A stretch of 64,000 nt of DNA from contig JANMKN010000043.1 in NCBI GenBank assembly GCA_031372065.1, positions 1 through 64,000 of the forward strand, written 5' to 3'. The notes below the pieces were generated by a model. That model worked only from the letters and a program-made list of their open reading frames with translations, had not been told where the DNA came from and did not search any database. This DNA is from Abditibacteriaceae bacterium. GTDB lineage: Bacteria > Armatimonadota > Abditibacteriia > Abditibacteriales > Abditibacteriaceae. Both the position numbers and the translations under genes were made by a program. Of the stretch, positions 19,482-29,586 are shown one piece after another. Position 1 is the first letter of the stretch. Every line of letters starts with the position of its first letter.

Positions 19482-19925
19482 GTTTTTGGTCTTGGGATTT
19501 TGGTCTTTAAAATGGAGACTACGAATTTTGAGAACTTGCAAATTTATCAGCTTGCTGAACGTTTGTCTGATGAGGTTTGGGAAATTGTGGCGCGTTGGGA
19601 GCATTTTGCGAAAAACACTGTTGGTAGTCAGATTGTGCGCTCGGCGGATAGCATTGGCGCCAACATCGCCGAAGGAAGTGGTAAGGGCACAACGGAGGAT
19701 TATCGGCGCTATTTGCGTCATGCGCGCGGTTCGTTATATGAAACCAAACATTGGCTGCGTCGCGCTGAAAATCGAAATTTGGTAAACGCCAACGAAGCCG
19801 AAGTATTGCGAAACATCATGCAAGAGTTGATTCCTAAACTCAATGCCTATATGCGCACTATGAACGAGCGCATTCGACAGGAACGAATTCAAAAACCAAA
19901 AGCCTAAGCCCCAAGGCCAAAAACC
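19481..19925 (+). mobile_element. Intervening cassette: four-helix-bundle ORF within heptamer-based terminal inverted repeats
   Basis: Left ggtttttggtcttggg; right cccaaggccaaaaacc (15/16 complementary); abuts the upstream TAG and downstream ATG. Confidence 0.65.
19512..19907 (+). CDS. Four helix bundle protein (23S rRNA intervening-sequence protein family)
   Basis: FENLQIYQ.A...QIVRSADSIGANIAEG...ARGSLYET signature. Confidence 0.92.
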   Translation: METTNFENLQIYQLAERLSDEVWEIVARWEHFAKNTVGSQIVRSADSIGANIAEGSGKGTTEDYRRYLRHARGSLYETKHWLRRAENRNLVNANEAEVLRNIMQELIPKLNAYMRTMNERIRQERIQKPKA

Positions 19926-20663
19926 ATGCCTTTAATTGATCTTCTTTGCCATTATGGTGTGACGGATACGACGCTGGCGATTCGTCCGCAGGAGTTGTCG
20001 CGTGCCAAAGCGTATGCCGATCAGTTCGGTGTGGAAATGCTTTGTTTCGTGTCCCGCGAAGCGGCCAGTGACATTCACGGGGGCAACGCGAAATTAGCGC
20101 AGGCTTTGGCGATGGATGCGCGCTTTCGTGGCTGGCTCACGCTGTCTATGCATCAGGCCGAAGCCTCTCACGAACTGGCGCGCTTGCATTTATTGCGCGC
20201 GCAATGGATTGGTGCGCGCCTTGAGCAAGATACTGATGACGATGCCATAAATACCGCCGGTGGGCGCGAAGTCTTGAATGCTCTGCGTCGCTACGGACGC
20301 CCGGTGCTGGTGACCGCGACAACGCCGGTAACTTTGCACGCTGTAGTCGAAGCAGCGGCAGAGTTTCACACGCTGCGCTTTATTTTGAATCCGCAAAGCC
20401 CGTCGCTGGCTACGGACGCGGTTCACGCCATCAAGCAAACGATCAATGTGTCGTTGCTGCCTTCGGCGGCCTTTGCCGAACGCGATTTAATCGCTCATGC
20501 CTTTGCTATTTTGGGCGATAGGCGCGTTTTGTGGTGTTCCGATTGGGGGCGTCACCATCCGGCAGGCGCCTTGGGCATGATTAAAGACAGCGCTGTCACC
20601 GGTTTGCAACGCGAACGGGTCGGTTATCGCAATGCCCGCGAGTTGTTGGCCGCAGGCCAATAA
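19926..20663 (+). CDS. Degenerate amidohydrolase-2-like protein
   Basis: LIDLLCHYG, GN..L, LGDRRVLWCSDW, GYRNARELL. Confidence 0.6.
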   Translation: MPLIDLLCHYGVTDTTLAIRPQELSRAKAYADQFGVEMLCFVSREAASDIHGGNAKLAQALAMDARFRGWLTLSMHQAEASHELARLHLLRAQWIGARLEQDTDDDAINTAGGREVLNALRRYGRPVLVTATTPVTLHAVVEAAAEFHTLRFILNPQSPSLATDAVHAIKQTINVSLLPSAAFAERDLIAHAFAILGDRRVLWCSDWGRHHPAGALGMIKDSAVTGLQRERVGYRNARELLAAGQ

Positions 20664-20752
20664 CGATGCTTGAATTCAAGGCGCGTCTTGCGGGATAGTT
20701 TGTAAAATAAACGGTGCGCTTATTCACTAAAGTTCGGGGAGACGCTCGCTCC

Positions 20753-22003
20753 ATGCACGATTTGATGAATGAATTGAAAAATACGCCCCAAGAAGGCGTA
20801 ATCGAAAACGTGAAACCAACTAAAAACAGATTGAAACAGCTTGCCAAAACTGGTGGGGCCAAAGGCCTGTGGTGGAATGCTTTCTGGCCGTGCTTGGCTT
20901 TGGCATGCGTGATTGGGCCGGCTTTGCCAATTTTCGGCGGTTGCGCCTTTGTCAACAAAGTGCCGGAGGTAGAACCCACGCCGACTCCTGTGCCGGATAT
21001 TCCCATTCATCCCGATGTTTATAAGCCCGCGCCCATTACGGACGATACGACGATTAAGCATCTGACCGATGGTGATCCCAAGGATAGCGGCGGCAAAAAT
21101 CTGATTCCCGATTTTTACCAGTTAGTCGGTGCCGATGGTGGCGATAAACTTACGTTGCAGGCTTATCGTATCCCCCTGACAGCCGCAGGCAAAGAAGGCG
21201 TGCCTTACATTGTTCCGTTGGATAAGCCCGTCAGGGTGAAATTGGGCGGTATTCTGTGTCCTTTGAGAGATGAAAGAGGCTGGGGAGAAGCCAGAAGTGT
21301 CACGCAAAACTGGCTTGGGGGCCGTCGTTTGCAGGTGGACGAAGACAAAAAATATCCCATCGGCATTGATGGCCGAAATATCGTGCAAATTCGCATTAAA
21401 AGCGAAGTGAAAACCAAAGCGGCTGACGGAACCGTGACCAAAACCGAAGAAGAGCGTCCCTTCAACCAACTTTTGGTGCGCGCGGGCTATGCGTTTGTGG
21501 ATTTAATTACTCCGACTTCCTTTGATTACAAAACGTGGATTGTGGACGAGGAATACGCGCGCGGTGTGCGCGAGGAACCAGCCCCGTGGCAACTAAAGAA
21601 TGTTGCGGCAGGTCAACCAACCCCCAAACCGGCGCCCGGCACTCCGGTTGGATTGTGGGCACAAGGCATTTATCCTTATCCTGATTTTCGTCCCGGCGCG
21701 ACGCACGGCCCGAAAACCATAGTTATCGGTGCTGATAAATCAGCGGTGAAAGTAATCACTAAAGAAATTACGGTGTCCGCAGGAGCAAAGACGATCAGTG
21801 GGACGACTTCGCGTATGGCGATGACCAAAACATCAAGGACCGGCACCACCGAAAGCGGTAAAGTGTGGATAAATACTGATTCTAAAGAGAATGTTTATCA
21901 CTATCCCAACTCACGTTTTTATCGCAAAACTAAAGCCGGGAAATTAATGAGCGAATCGGCAGCGAAGGCGGCAGGCTACCGTCCAGCCAAGAAAGGCCAG
22001 TAG
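20753..22003 (+). CDS. Thermonuclease (SNase)-like lipoprotein with C-terminal Ada-like module
   Basis: Lipobox FGGC; VRVKLGGILCP, FNQLLVRAGYA, GLW; C-terminal VWINT...YH...AAKAAGYRPA. Confidence 0.6.
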   Translation: MHDLMNELKNTPQEGVIENVKPTKNRLKQLAKTGGAKGLWWNAFWPCLALACVIGPALPIFGGCAFVNKVPEVEPTPTPVPDIPIHPDVYKPAPITDDTTIKHLTDGDPKDSGGKNLIPDFYQLVGADGGDKLTLQAYRIPLTAAGKEGVPYIVPLDKPVRVKLGGILCPLRDERGWGEARSVTQNWLGGRRLQVDEDKKYPIGIDGRNIVQIRIKSEVKTKAADGTVTKTEEERPFNQLLVRAGYAFVDLITPTSFDYKTWIVDEEYARGVREEPAPWQLKNVAAGQPTPKPAPGTPVGLWAQGIYPYPDFRPGATHGPKTIVIGADKSAVKVITKEITVSAGAKTISGTTSRMAMTKTSRTGTTESGKVWINTDSKENVYHYPNSRFYRKTKAGKLMSESAAKAAGYRPAKKGQ

Positions 22004-22051
22004 TCAGACATCTGATTTTCTCTTCGTCTTCTGACTGGTAAGTCAAGTTGC

Positions 22052-22083
22052 AAAAAAGGGACAGCGTGCGCTGTCCCTTTTTT
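22052..22083 (+). terminator. Intrinsic terminator
   Basis: aaaaaagggacagc-gtgc-gctgtccctttttt. Confidence 0.85.
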
Positions 22084-22104
22084 GATGGTGTAATGATTTG
22101 AAAT

Positions 22105-22494
22105 ATGAACATTCGCCAACAACGCGGCCAAACGGGTGAAGACGCAGTGGCATCGCATCTGGAAAAAGCTGGTTTTCGTCTTGTGGCGCGCAACTGGCGC
22201 CCCGGCTCTAAATCGGGCGGCGCCGGAATGCGCGGCGAAATTGACATCATCGCGTGGCACGGCAAGATTCTTTGTTTTATCGAAGTGAAAACGCGCAGTG
22301 GTCAAGCCTTCGGAGCGCCGCAAGAAGCTGTCAATCGCGCCAAACAGCGCCAAATTTCGCGTCTTGCGAACGCCTATGTTTCATTTCATCGCCTTGATGT
22401 GCCGTGTCGCTTTGATGTCGCCGAAGTCTGGCTTTCTACTGATGTCCCACCGCGCATTGTTGTCCATGAAAATGCTTTCGATTATTGCGGTTGA
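22105..22494 (+). CDS. yraN: YraN family endonuclease-like protein
   Basis: G..GE..VA..L...G, RNWR, GEIDII, FIEVKTR, CRFDV. Confidence 0.9.
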   Translation: MNIRQQRGQTGEDAVASHLEKAGFRLVARNWRPGSKSGGAGMRGEIDIIAWHGKILCFIEVKTRSGQAFGAPQEAVNRAKQRQISRLANAYVSFHRLDVPCRFDVAEVWLSTDVPPRIVVHENAFDYCG

Positions 22495-22536
22495 GGCGGG
22501 GTTCTTTACTAAATTGGTGCTACCGTCCTGAATCGC

Positions 22537-24051
22537 TTACGCGCCTTTAGTGACGCGAATTTTATCAATGGTCTGGCCGCTTTCGTCAATTTGCGTCATG
22601 GCAAGCGCCTCGCCTTCGATTTCAAAAAGCGTCAGCGAATGGCGATCCGAAATAAATTTCGTGACATAAGACACATTGGCGTCTTCGGCGCGCGTCCATT
22701 TTGTCGGTTCGTTGTTCGCTTCGGGGTCATATAAATGCTTGCCGCCAGCGCCAGTTACGATGTGCAAAACGCCATCGGCGCGGGTGTGGTTTTCACCATC
22801 AAAAACGCGGTCAATCGCGAAAAGGCCGGGCGTCAGGCGGGCCTTGGTGTTCAAACGTCTGGCGCCATCAAGATTCGCTGGCTTAAAACGCAGTGGTTGC
22901 GGGCGTTGATAGTTATGTTCGTGTCCGTTTAACACGAAGTCCACATTATGCGCCTCGAAAATCGGCATCAAAATGCGCATCTGTTGTTCGGCGTAATGAT
23001 CGGCTCCCACATTAAATGCCGGATGATGATAAACGACAAATTTCCAGCGCGCGTCGGTGTTTTTCAAATCATCCGAAATCCAATTTTGCAGCGCCTCGTT
23101 TGTTGGATCAACATACAAATTGGAATCGAGACAGAGAAAATGCGCGTCGCCGTAATCAAACGAGTAATTCGCCATGCGAGGAAAACGCGCGCCCGCACAG
23201 ATTTTAAATTCTTCGAGGCGTTTGGCATCGCCAATAGCAGGCGGCGCGATGGGCGGCAGCGGGCCGTTGAGTGGCAAGTGCATATTGGTGAAATACGCCA
23301 GCGAATCGGGGTTCTTGGTGAAATCGGCTACGGGACGTTTTTGCTCGTCTTTGTCATGCACGTCATGGTTTGCCATTACGGTATAAAACGGCACGCTGCG
23401 CAATAAAGGCGCACCGATGCGCGGTCCGTTTTGGTCGGCATTGTAAACAGGAAAAAAGTAGCGCGCGTATTCGTTATCGAGGCCGCCATCGTAAACATTA
23501 TCGCCGGTATTCATCACGAAATCGGGCTTCGCTTGATAAGCCTGATAAGCAATCGCGCGGTCACTGATGTCGCCGAACGAATTATCGCCGAACGCCACGA
23601 AACGAATCGCTTTACCGCGCGGTTGACGCGTGGTGAAATAGCCTTCGAGCAGCGTTTTTTCGTTGCACAACACGCGATATTCGTAGCGACGGCCCAACTC
23701 TAAGCCGTCCAAAGTCGTCGCGTAGTTGAAGCGCGTTTCGCCATCATCGGCGTCGCCCGACCAGCGCATGGTGCGTTGCGGCATTGCGGTGCGCGTTAGC
23801 TTTTTATCGGCGCCAAAATGCACCACGAAATTTGCCGCTTTTTCTTGCGTTTGCCACGCGATAACGATGCTTTCGGCGCCCGCCACCAAACGGCTCCTGT
23901 TTCCCGGCTGAATATAGGGCAACGCCGTGAAAATCGGCCAATCAGCGGCTTTTTCGGCGGCAAAAAGGCCGCTTTTAATAGGCGAAAGCGCTAAAAATGT
24001 GACGCCGCCTGCCGCTTTCAAAAATTGGCGGCGCGAAATTTCTTGGGACAT
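22537..24051 (-). CDS. Tat-exported purple acid phosphatase-like metallophosphoesterase
   Basis: SRRQFLK Tat motif; FGD, TGDNVY, ANHD, YHHP, GHEHNY. Confidence 0.9.
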   Translation of the reverse strand: MSQEISRRQFLKAAGGVTFLALSPIKSGLFAAEKAADWPIFTALPYIQPGNRSRLVAGAESIVIAWQTQEKAANFVVHFGADKKLTRTAMPQRTMRWSGDADDGETRFNYATTLDGLELGRRYEYRVLCNEKTLLEGYFTTRQPRGKAIRFVAFGDNSFGDISDRAIAYQAYQAKPDFVMNTGDNVYDGGLDNEYARYFFPVYNADQNGPRIGAPLLRSVPFYTVMANHDVHDKDEQKRPVADFTKNPDSLAYFTNMHLPLNGPLPPIAPPAIGDAKRLEEFKICAGARFPRMANYSFDYGDAHFLCLDSNLYVDPTNEALQNWISDDLKNTDARWKFVVYHHPAFNVGADHYAEQQMRILMPIFEAHNVDFVLNGHEHNYQRPQPLRFKPANLDGARRLNTKARLTPGLFAIDRVFDGENHTRADGVLHIVTGAGGKHLYDPEANNEPTKWTRAEDANVSYVTKFISDRHSLTLFEIEGEALAMTQIDESGQTIDKIRVTKGA

Positions 24052-24121
24052 GGTTTCCTCATCAAAACGGGGAAAGAACACCAGTTCTTTCCCCGCTCAA
24101 AGCTCTCAACAGATGAATAAT

Positions 24122-25018
24122 TTACGGGCGCTCTAAACCTTGCGAATTGCAGGAACCATCGCCACCCGCCAGATAATTGGGGTCAGAAGGCAAGAGATTA
24201 CGACGCGGCGAAACCGTCGGCCCATCGCAATAAGTATCGTAGCGCGCCTTACTGTTGACGAATTTAACGTGGCCGTCCAAAAACGCCATGATCATGCCGC
24301 CTTTGTGGAACACGTTCGGGTCGCCTTTGGTGGGGTTGACTGTTTCCCAAGGGCCGACAAAACAACGCATTACACGCTGTTCGGAAGGTCGCGCCGGAAA
24401 ACTGAGCGGCATGGGAAATGGCGGTTCCATCGTGAAGCTGGCAGCAGGAATAGCCGTTGCACCGCCGGCAGGAGCCAACAAAGCTGTTGTAGCGGTCTGC
24501 GTGTATTTTGTGGGGTTGGCCGGAGCTGGTGCCCATGTTGAAGGCAACATAGACAAATTTTCTTTGGTGAATTTATACGAGGTGCCGTAAGCCTGCCAAA
24601 CTTTGGCGCCTGCCGGAATATCCTTGCCGCCCGCTGTTGTGGTTCCCGCTGTGTAGGCGCTGAAACCCGCGTCGTTGGGGCATTGCAAAACCTGTTGGCT
24701 TTTCAAATAAGGATAAATAAAAGCCGCCACGCTGAACTCTTTGATACCATAGGTTCCGGCAATCAGTGGCCCGACTTGTGCGTTTCCGCTAACCGAAAGC
24801 GGCATCGCTTCATCATAATCCTGCGTGTATTGTTGAATTCCGAGAATACACTGCTTCAAGTTGTTCTGGCAAGTCGCCAAGCGCGCTTTTTCACGGGCCT
24901 GAGCAAAAACCGGGAAAAGAATCGCCGCGAGGAGCGCTATTATCGCTATGACGACCAAGAGTTCGATGAGCGTGAACGCTTGGCGCGGAGGGCGGGTGAG
25001 ACCGAAATGTTTTTTCAT
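24122..25018 (-). CDS. Prepilin-type N-terminal cleavage/methylation protein (DUF1559, H-X9-DG)
   Basis: [40 protein letters not shown]...[21 protein letters not shown]. Confidence 0.92.
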   Translation of the reverse strand: MKKHFGLTRPPRQAFTLIELLVVIAIIALLAAILFPVFAQAREKARLATCQNNLKQCILGIQQYTQDYDEAMPLSVSGNAQVGPLIAGTYGIKEFSVAAFIYPYLKSQQVLQCPNDAGFSAYTAGTTTAGGKDIPAGAKVWQAYGTSYKFTKENLSMLPSTWAPAPANPTKYTQTATTALLAPAGGATAIPAASFTMEPPFPMPLSFPARPSEQRVMRCFVGPWETVNPTKGDPNVFHKGGMIMAFLDGHVKFVNSKARYDTYCDGPTVSPRRNLLPSDPNYLAGGDGSCNSQGLERP

Positions 25019-25182
25019 AGTGAATCCGATGTCGAAAAATTTAATGCCGAACATCCGGCATCTTCTCGACTCAGATTAGCACTGTAACTTTAAATTTCGG
25101 TGAATTTTCGATTAAGGTTGGTGGCGAAACCGCTAAGAATCAGCTTAAAAGTCGCTTTTGGGACTTTATCTCCTTCAAGCCT

Positions 25183-25505
25183 ATGCCATTCCGCCAACTG
25201 AAGATGCTATCCGCCGCCAGCGGAATGGCATCTTCAGTTGGCGGAATGGCATCTTCAGTTGGCGGAATGGCATCTTCAACAGGGGAAATGGCATCTTCAA
25301 CAGGGGAAATGGCATCTTCAACAGGGGAAATGGCATCTTCAACTGCTGGAATGGCATCTTCAACTGCTGGAATGGCATCTTCAACTGCTGGAATGGCATC
25401 TTCAACTGCTGAAATGGCATCTTCAACTGCTGGAATGGCATCTTCAACTGCTGGAATGGCATCTTCAACTGCTGGAATGGCATCTTCAACGAGGAAAATG
25501 CCTTT
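25183..25505. repeat. Near-perfect 21-bp tandem repeat, 13 units plus a short inverted arm
   Basis: (G/GA)AATGGCATCTTCAACTGCT-type unit x13 from 25222; reverse-complement copy at 25183-25212. Confidence 0.95.
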
Positions 25506-25509
25506 TTCC

Positions 25510-28500
25510 TTAAGATTTCGTAGTCAACTGAAGAATGGCATCTACTAAATCGGCGGGTGGGATGGGTTTGACCAAGTGCATCTGATAGCCAGCTTTTAAG
25601 GCAGTTTCGCGATCTTGCCCACGCGCATAGGCTGTCAAGGCGATAGCGGGCACGGTGCTAATTTCGTCGGGATGCAAGGCGCGCACAAATTTGATGAGGG
25701 CATAACCGTCTTCGCCCGGCATTCCAATATCAGAAATCAGCACATCGGGCTTCCAGCGCGCCAAAATTTGTCGCGCGGCCATCGCTGAATCCGCGACTTC
25801 GACATCGGCGCCCGCTATAAGCAATATATGCGATAGCATATCGCGCGTGGCTGGCTCATCATCCACCACTAACAAGCTCAAACCCAACAGGGCATCCGAC
25901 GCGACAGAGACGCGCGCTGGCCCGCTGCTATTGGGCGCCCAATCTTGGGGCAATGGCGAGGCCGGAATCGAGTCCAGATGGGGTGTAAGGTTGCCGGAAT
26001 CAAGGTTTTCGGGAGGTAAAAGCGGCAATGAAATCGCGAATGTGGCGCCTTTGTTGGCGCCGTCGCTGTGCGCTTCGACTTTGCCGTTATGCAATTCCAC
26101 CAAGTGGCGCACTATGGACAAGCCCAAACCTAAGCCGCCGTGCAATCGGCTGGTTGAAGCATCGGCTTGCGAGAAACGATCAAACACATGGGGCAAAAAA
26201 TCTGGTTCTATGCCGATGCCCGTGTCTTTCACCACGATTTGCGCCATGCCATTGCGCTCGCTGAGTTGAATTTCGATGCGCCCCCCAAAGGGCGTGAATT
26301 TAACGGCGTTTGAAAGCAGGTTGCCGATCACTTGCTGCAAGCGGCGTGGGTCGCCTTCGATAAGGCCAAGCGCCGGATCAAACGAAGTCCAAAATTGAAT
26401 TTCTTTTTTATTGGCCGCAGGACGCACCACCGAAATAGCCGCTTCCAGTATGGTGCGTAAGCGAATCTGGTGAGTATGCAGATGGGCGTTACCCGAAATA
26501 ATGCGTGACACGTCCAACAAATCATCAATGATTTGCGATTGCACCTCGGCGCCCTGTTGAATGGCGTCCAAGGCATGAAGTCGCATTTCTGCGTCCAAGC
26601 TGCCTGCCATTTCGTTATCGCGCAAGGTCGAAACCCAACCGAGAATGGGTGTGAGAGGTGTGCGCAATTCATGCGAAACAACAGCTAAAAATTCGTCTTT
26701 CGCACGACTGGCTGCTTCGGCCTCGCGGCGCGCTTGTTGTGCTTCACCGTAAAGATGAGCGTTTTCCAGCGCCAGTGCGGCGCGGCGCATTAGTTCTTCG
26801 ATGAGGCCGATGTCATGGCGTTCAAAAAACGGCTGACTTATGCTGCATAATTTCACCAGACCAACGACGAGGCTCCGCGCTATCAAGGGAACGATGAGGC
26901 AGGATTTTATATTTAGCGATTGAATCAGAGCCAGATGGTCAGCGTCTTCTATGCCGGAAAGGAACATATTCACATCGAAATTTTCAATGTGAACGGTGCG
27001 GCCACTGGAAAAAGCGTCGCCACCGGGCACGCCAGCATCAAGCCGAGGCCGGTATAACAGCAGTGGCTCCAAGAGAGCCTGTTGGCTTTCGTCGCGGTGA
27101 TGTGCAACGAAGCGCCGGACATTGTCTTCTGCACCTTCGGGCCATTCGACGGTAATGCCCCGCCCGACCAAGTCAATCACGCAAATTTCCGCTAATTCCG
27201 CCACACACAGGCGCGATAGGGTGCGCAAAGTGCCTTCGTAATCCAATGAAGAAGCGAAAGCAGCACTGGCTTCGGCTAACAAGCGCTGATTGCGCTCGGC
27301 GCGTTTGCGCGCTGTAATATCCTCGATGACGGCGATAAAGTAAGGCTCGCTCGCGGACTCATTACTGGGGCTTTCCACAAGCGAGGCTGTGAGGTTGGCC
27401 CACACCACGCGGCCTGACTTGTGCAGATACCGTTTTTCCATCGAATAGCTATTCAAAGGAGCGGTTAGGGCCTTTTCAAAAAGCGAGATATTGCGATCTA
27501 AATCTTCAGGGTGCGTAATGTCTTGAAAATGCATTCCCGACAACATTTCATCGCGTGTGTAGCCCAAGATTTCACAAAGTTTGTAATTAACGCGCAGCCA
27601 ACGGCCATCGCTGCTAATATGCGCCACGCCCACCCCTGCTTGCTCGAAAGTGGAGCGGAAACGTTCTTCGCTGAGGCGCAAACTTTCTTCGGCCTGCATA
27701 CGGTCGGTAATATCCTGCGCCATCGAAAGCACGCCGGAGAATGTGCCGTCGCGCTCGAAGAGTGGCGTATTCGACCAAAGGCAAACGATGCGGCGACCAT
27801 CGCGCGTCACGTTTTCGTTGACGATATGCGCCGAGTTGTCACCAGAAGACAAGCGCTGCCAGATTTCATCTACGAGCGGCTGCACTTCCGGCGGCACAAT
27901 AGATTTAAAGGCGTGCTGTCCTTTGACTTCAGCGGCGGTGTAGCCAAAAATTGTGGTGGCCGCCGGATTCCATGACTCCACGCGAAATTCGCTGTCCCAC
28001 ACGATGCAGCCAATTGGCATCCGCTCGAATTGTAAATTCAAGCGGCCTTGCAAATGGCGTGTTTCTTCCACTTCCCTTTGCAAGCGCCCCAGTAATTCGT
28101 CGCGTTCGGCTTCTAATAAGGCCCGCGTCTCTTCGGTTTTTTTGCGCGCCGTGACGTCGCGGATGACCGCTAAAAAGCCACTATGCGCGCCGCCCGGCGC
28201 GCGCAAGGAACTAATAGAGGCTTCCACTAAAACTTCGCGGCCATCTTTCACCAAACGGTGCAGACATTCGCCTTTCCAGTAGCCGTTGCGCTCCAATTCT
28301 CGTAAGACGGTGGCTCGCCCACCTTGATTGAGCCATTCGTATTCATAAATCTCGGCGAGAGGCCGCCCCAGCACATCATGCGCCTCCGCGCCGTAAAGCC
28401 GCGCCGCCGCGTTGTTCCAATAAATCACCCGCCGTTGCGGGTCTATGACGTTGACGGCATCTTCGACTTGTGCCAGAATGCGCGCTTGAAAGCCTTGCCA

Positions 28501-29478
28501 TTCGTCTTCTTCAAGGCGATGGCTATGTAAATCCTGCGCCACCACCAAACCGCCGGTGATGGAATTGGTTTCATCGCGCACTGGCAAAGCGCGCATCAGC
28601 AAAATGCGATTCTCCTCGTGCCCATTTGCCGTTTCTGCCGTGGGCATCGGCACCTCAAAAGTTGTCGAATGACCGCGCAAAGCCGCATGAAAATGAGGCT
28701 CCAGTAGCGTTGCGAATTCGGCAGAGAAAACTTCGGATGGTTGTTTGTGAAGCAAACTGCCGGGGTTGTGGCCCAGCAACATCAAACCTTCGCCCTGCTC
28801 GGCGGTAAACCGCAATTCATAGTCAAAATAAAGGCCCGGCGCATGGGCGAAATCACGCGCTAACGCATGAAATAATTCGCGGCTTTGGCGCAAGACTTCG
28901 AGTGAGGTTTCAAGACCACGCTGGCGTGCCACAACTTGCGAGGCCAACTTCGCTAATTCCTGCGGGGGCGCTGATTTTTCGCTGCGATTATCCGTAGCAG
29001 AGTTCAGCGTGGCTTGCGCGCGGCTGACATCCAATTGATGCGCTATGCGCGCTATAAGCTCGTCGGGCGTGAAAGGTTTGGTGACATAATCCTGCGCCCC
29101 GGCGTGCAGCAAAGCAACGCGCACATTGGCATCACGCGTGGCCGTTAAAACCACGATGGGCACAGCCGCCAAATCGTCTCGTTTGCGAAGTTCGCTCACC
29201 ATGTCCGGCCCTGACATTTGAGGCATCTCTAAATCGCTGAGGATTAAATCGGGATGCAGTTCGAGGGCTTTTTCCAGACCTTCGATGCCATTGCGGGCCG
29301 TCTCGATACGGTAAAACGGCTGTAGCACATAGCTTAAAAGTTCAGCCATGTCATTGTCGTCTTCGACGATGAGCAACAAAAGTCGCGCATCTTCCGGCCC
29401 AGTTGGCGCTGCGCTTGACGAGGTCACTGGATTGGTTTGAGAATCTATAAGAGGATTCATATCAGTCACCCTTAACAT
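25510..29478 (-). CDS. Hybrid sensor histidine kinase REC-PAS(x4)-GAF-HisKA-HATPase-REC
   Basis: VSHELRTPL, NLLSNAVKFT, DTGIGI, GLGLGL; receiver domains at both termini. Confidence 0.92.
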   Translation of the reverse strand: MLRVTDMNPLIDSQTNPVTSSSAAPTGPEDARLLLLIVEDDNDMAELLSYVLQPFYRIETARNGIEGLEKALELHPDLILSDLEMPQMSGPDMVSELRKRDDLAAVPIVVLTATRDANVRVALLHAGAQDYVTKPFTPDELIARIAHQLDVSRAQATLNSATDNRSEKSAPPQELAKLASQVVARQRGLETSLEVLRQSRELFHALARDFAHAPGLYFDYELRFTAEQGEGLMLLGHNPGSLLHKQPSEVFSAEFATLLEPHFHAALRGHSTTFEVPMPTAETANGHEENRILLMRALPVRDETNSITGGLVVAQDLHSHRLEEDEWQGFQARILAQVEDAVNVIDPQRRVIYWNNAAARLYGAEAHDVLGRPLAEIYEYEWLNQGGRATVLRELERNGYWKGECLHRLVKDGREVLVEASISSLRAPGGAHSGFLAVIRDVTARKKTEETRALLEAERDELLGRLQREVEETRHLQGRLNLQFERMPIGCIVWDSEFRVESWNPAATTIFGYTAAEVKGQHAFKSIVPPEVQPLVDEIWQRLSSGDNSAHIVNENVTRDGRRIVCLWSNTPLFERDGTFSGVLSMAQDITDRMQAEESLRLSEERFRSTFEQAGVGVAHISSDGRWLRVNYKLCEILGYTRDEMLSGMHFQDITHPEDLDRNISLFEKALTAPLNSYSMEKRYLHKSGRVVWANLTASLVESPSNESASEPYFIAVIEDITARKRAERNQRLLAEASAAFASSLDYEGTLRTLSRLCVAELAEICVIDLVGRGITVEWPEGAEDNVRRFVAHHRDESQQALLEPLLLYRPRLDAGVPGGDAFSSGRTVHIENFDVNMFLSGIEDADHLALIQSLNIKSCLIVPLIARSLVVGLVKLCSISQPFFERHDIGLIEELMRRAALALENAHLYGEAQQARREAEAASRAKDEFLAVVSHELRTPLTPILGWVSTLRDNEMAGSLDAEMRLHALDAIQQGAEVQSQIIDDLLDVSRIISGNAHLHTHQIRLRTILEAAISVVRPAANKKEIQFWTSFDPALGLIEGDPRRLQQVIGNLLSNAVKFTPFGGRIEIQLSERNGMAQIVVKDTGIGIEPDFLPHVFDRFSQADASTSRLHGGLGLGLSIVRHLVELHNGKVEAHSDGANKGATFAISLPLLPPENLDSGNLTPHLDSIPASPLPQDWAPNSSGPARVSVASDALLGLSLLVVDDEPATRDMLSHILLIAGADVEVADSAMAARQILARWKPDVLISDIGMPGEDGYALIKFVRALHPDEISTVPAIALTAYARGQDRETALKAGYQMHLVKPIPPADLVDAILQLTTKS

Positions 29479-29535
29479 ACAGGAAACGAAGAATGCGACA
29501 CTCTTGTTGTCATAGATTTTACAGTGAATTCCAAC

Positions 29536-29569
29536 GACAAGGCCCGGAAAATTATTTCCGGGCCTTGTC
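29536..29569 (-). terminator. Stem-loop downstream of the DHS-like gene
   Basis: gacaaggcccggaaa-atta-tttccgggccttgtc perfect 15-bp stem. Confidence 0.65.
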
Positions 29570-29586
29570 CGTCAAGCGATTGCGCT

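Noticed and set aside
19481..19925. Diversity-generating retroelement (Avd-like gene)
   Set aside because: No reverse transcriptase and no TR/VR pair seen in the window
25158..25548. Several repetitive ORFs (MASSTAG, LKMPFQQ, WHLQLLE) or a CRISPR array
   Set aside because: Pure tandem repeat open in many frames; no unique spacers and no cas genes
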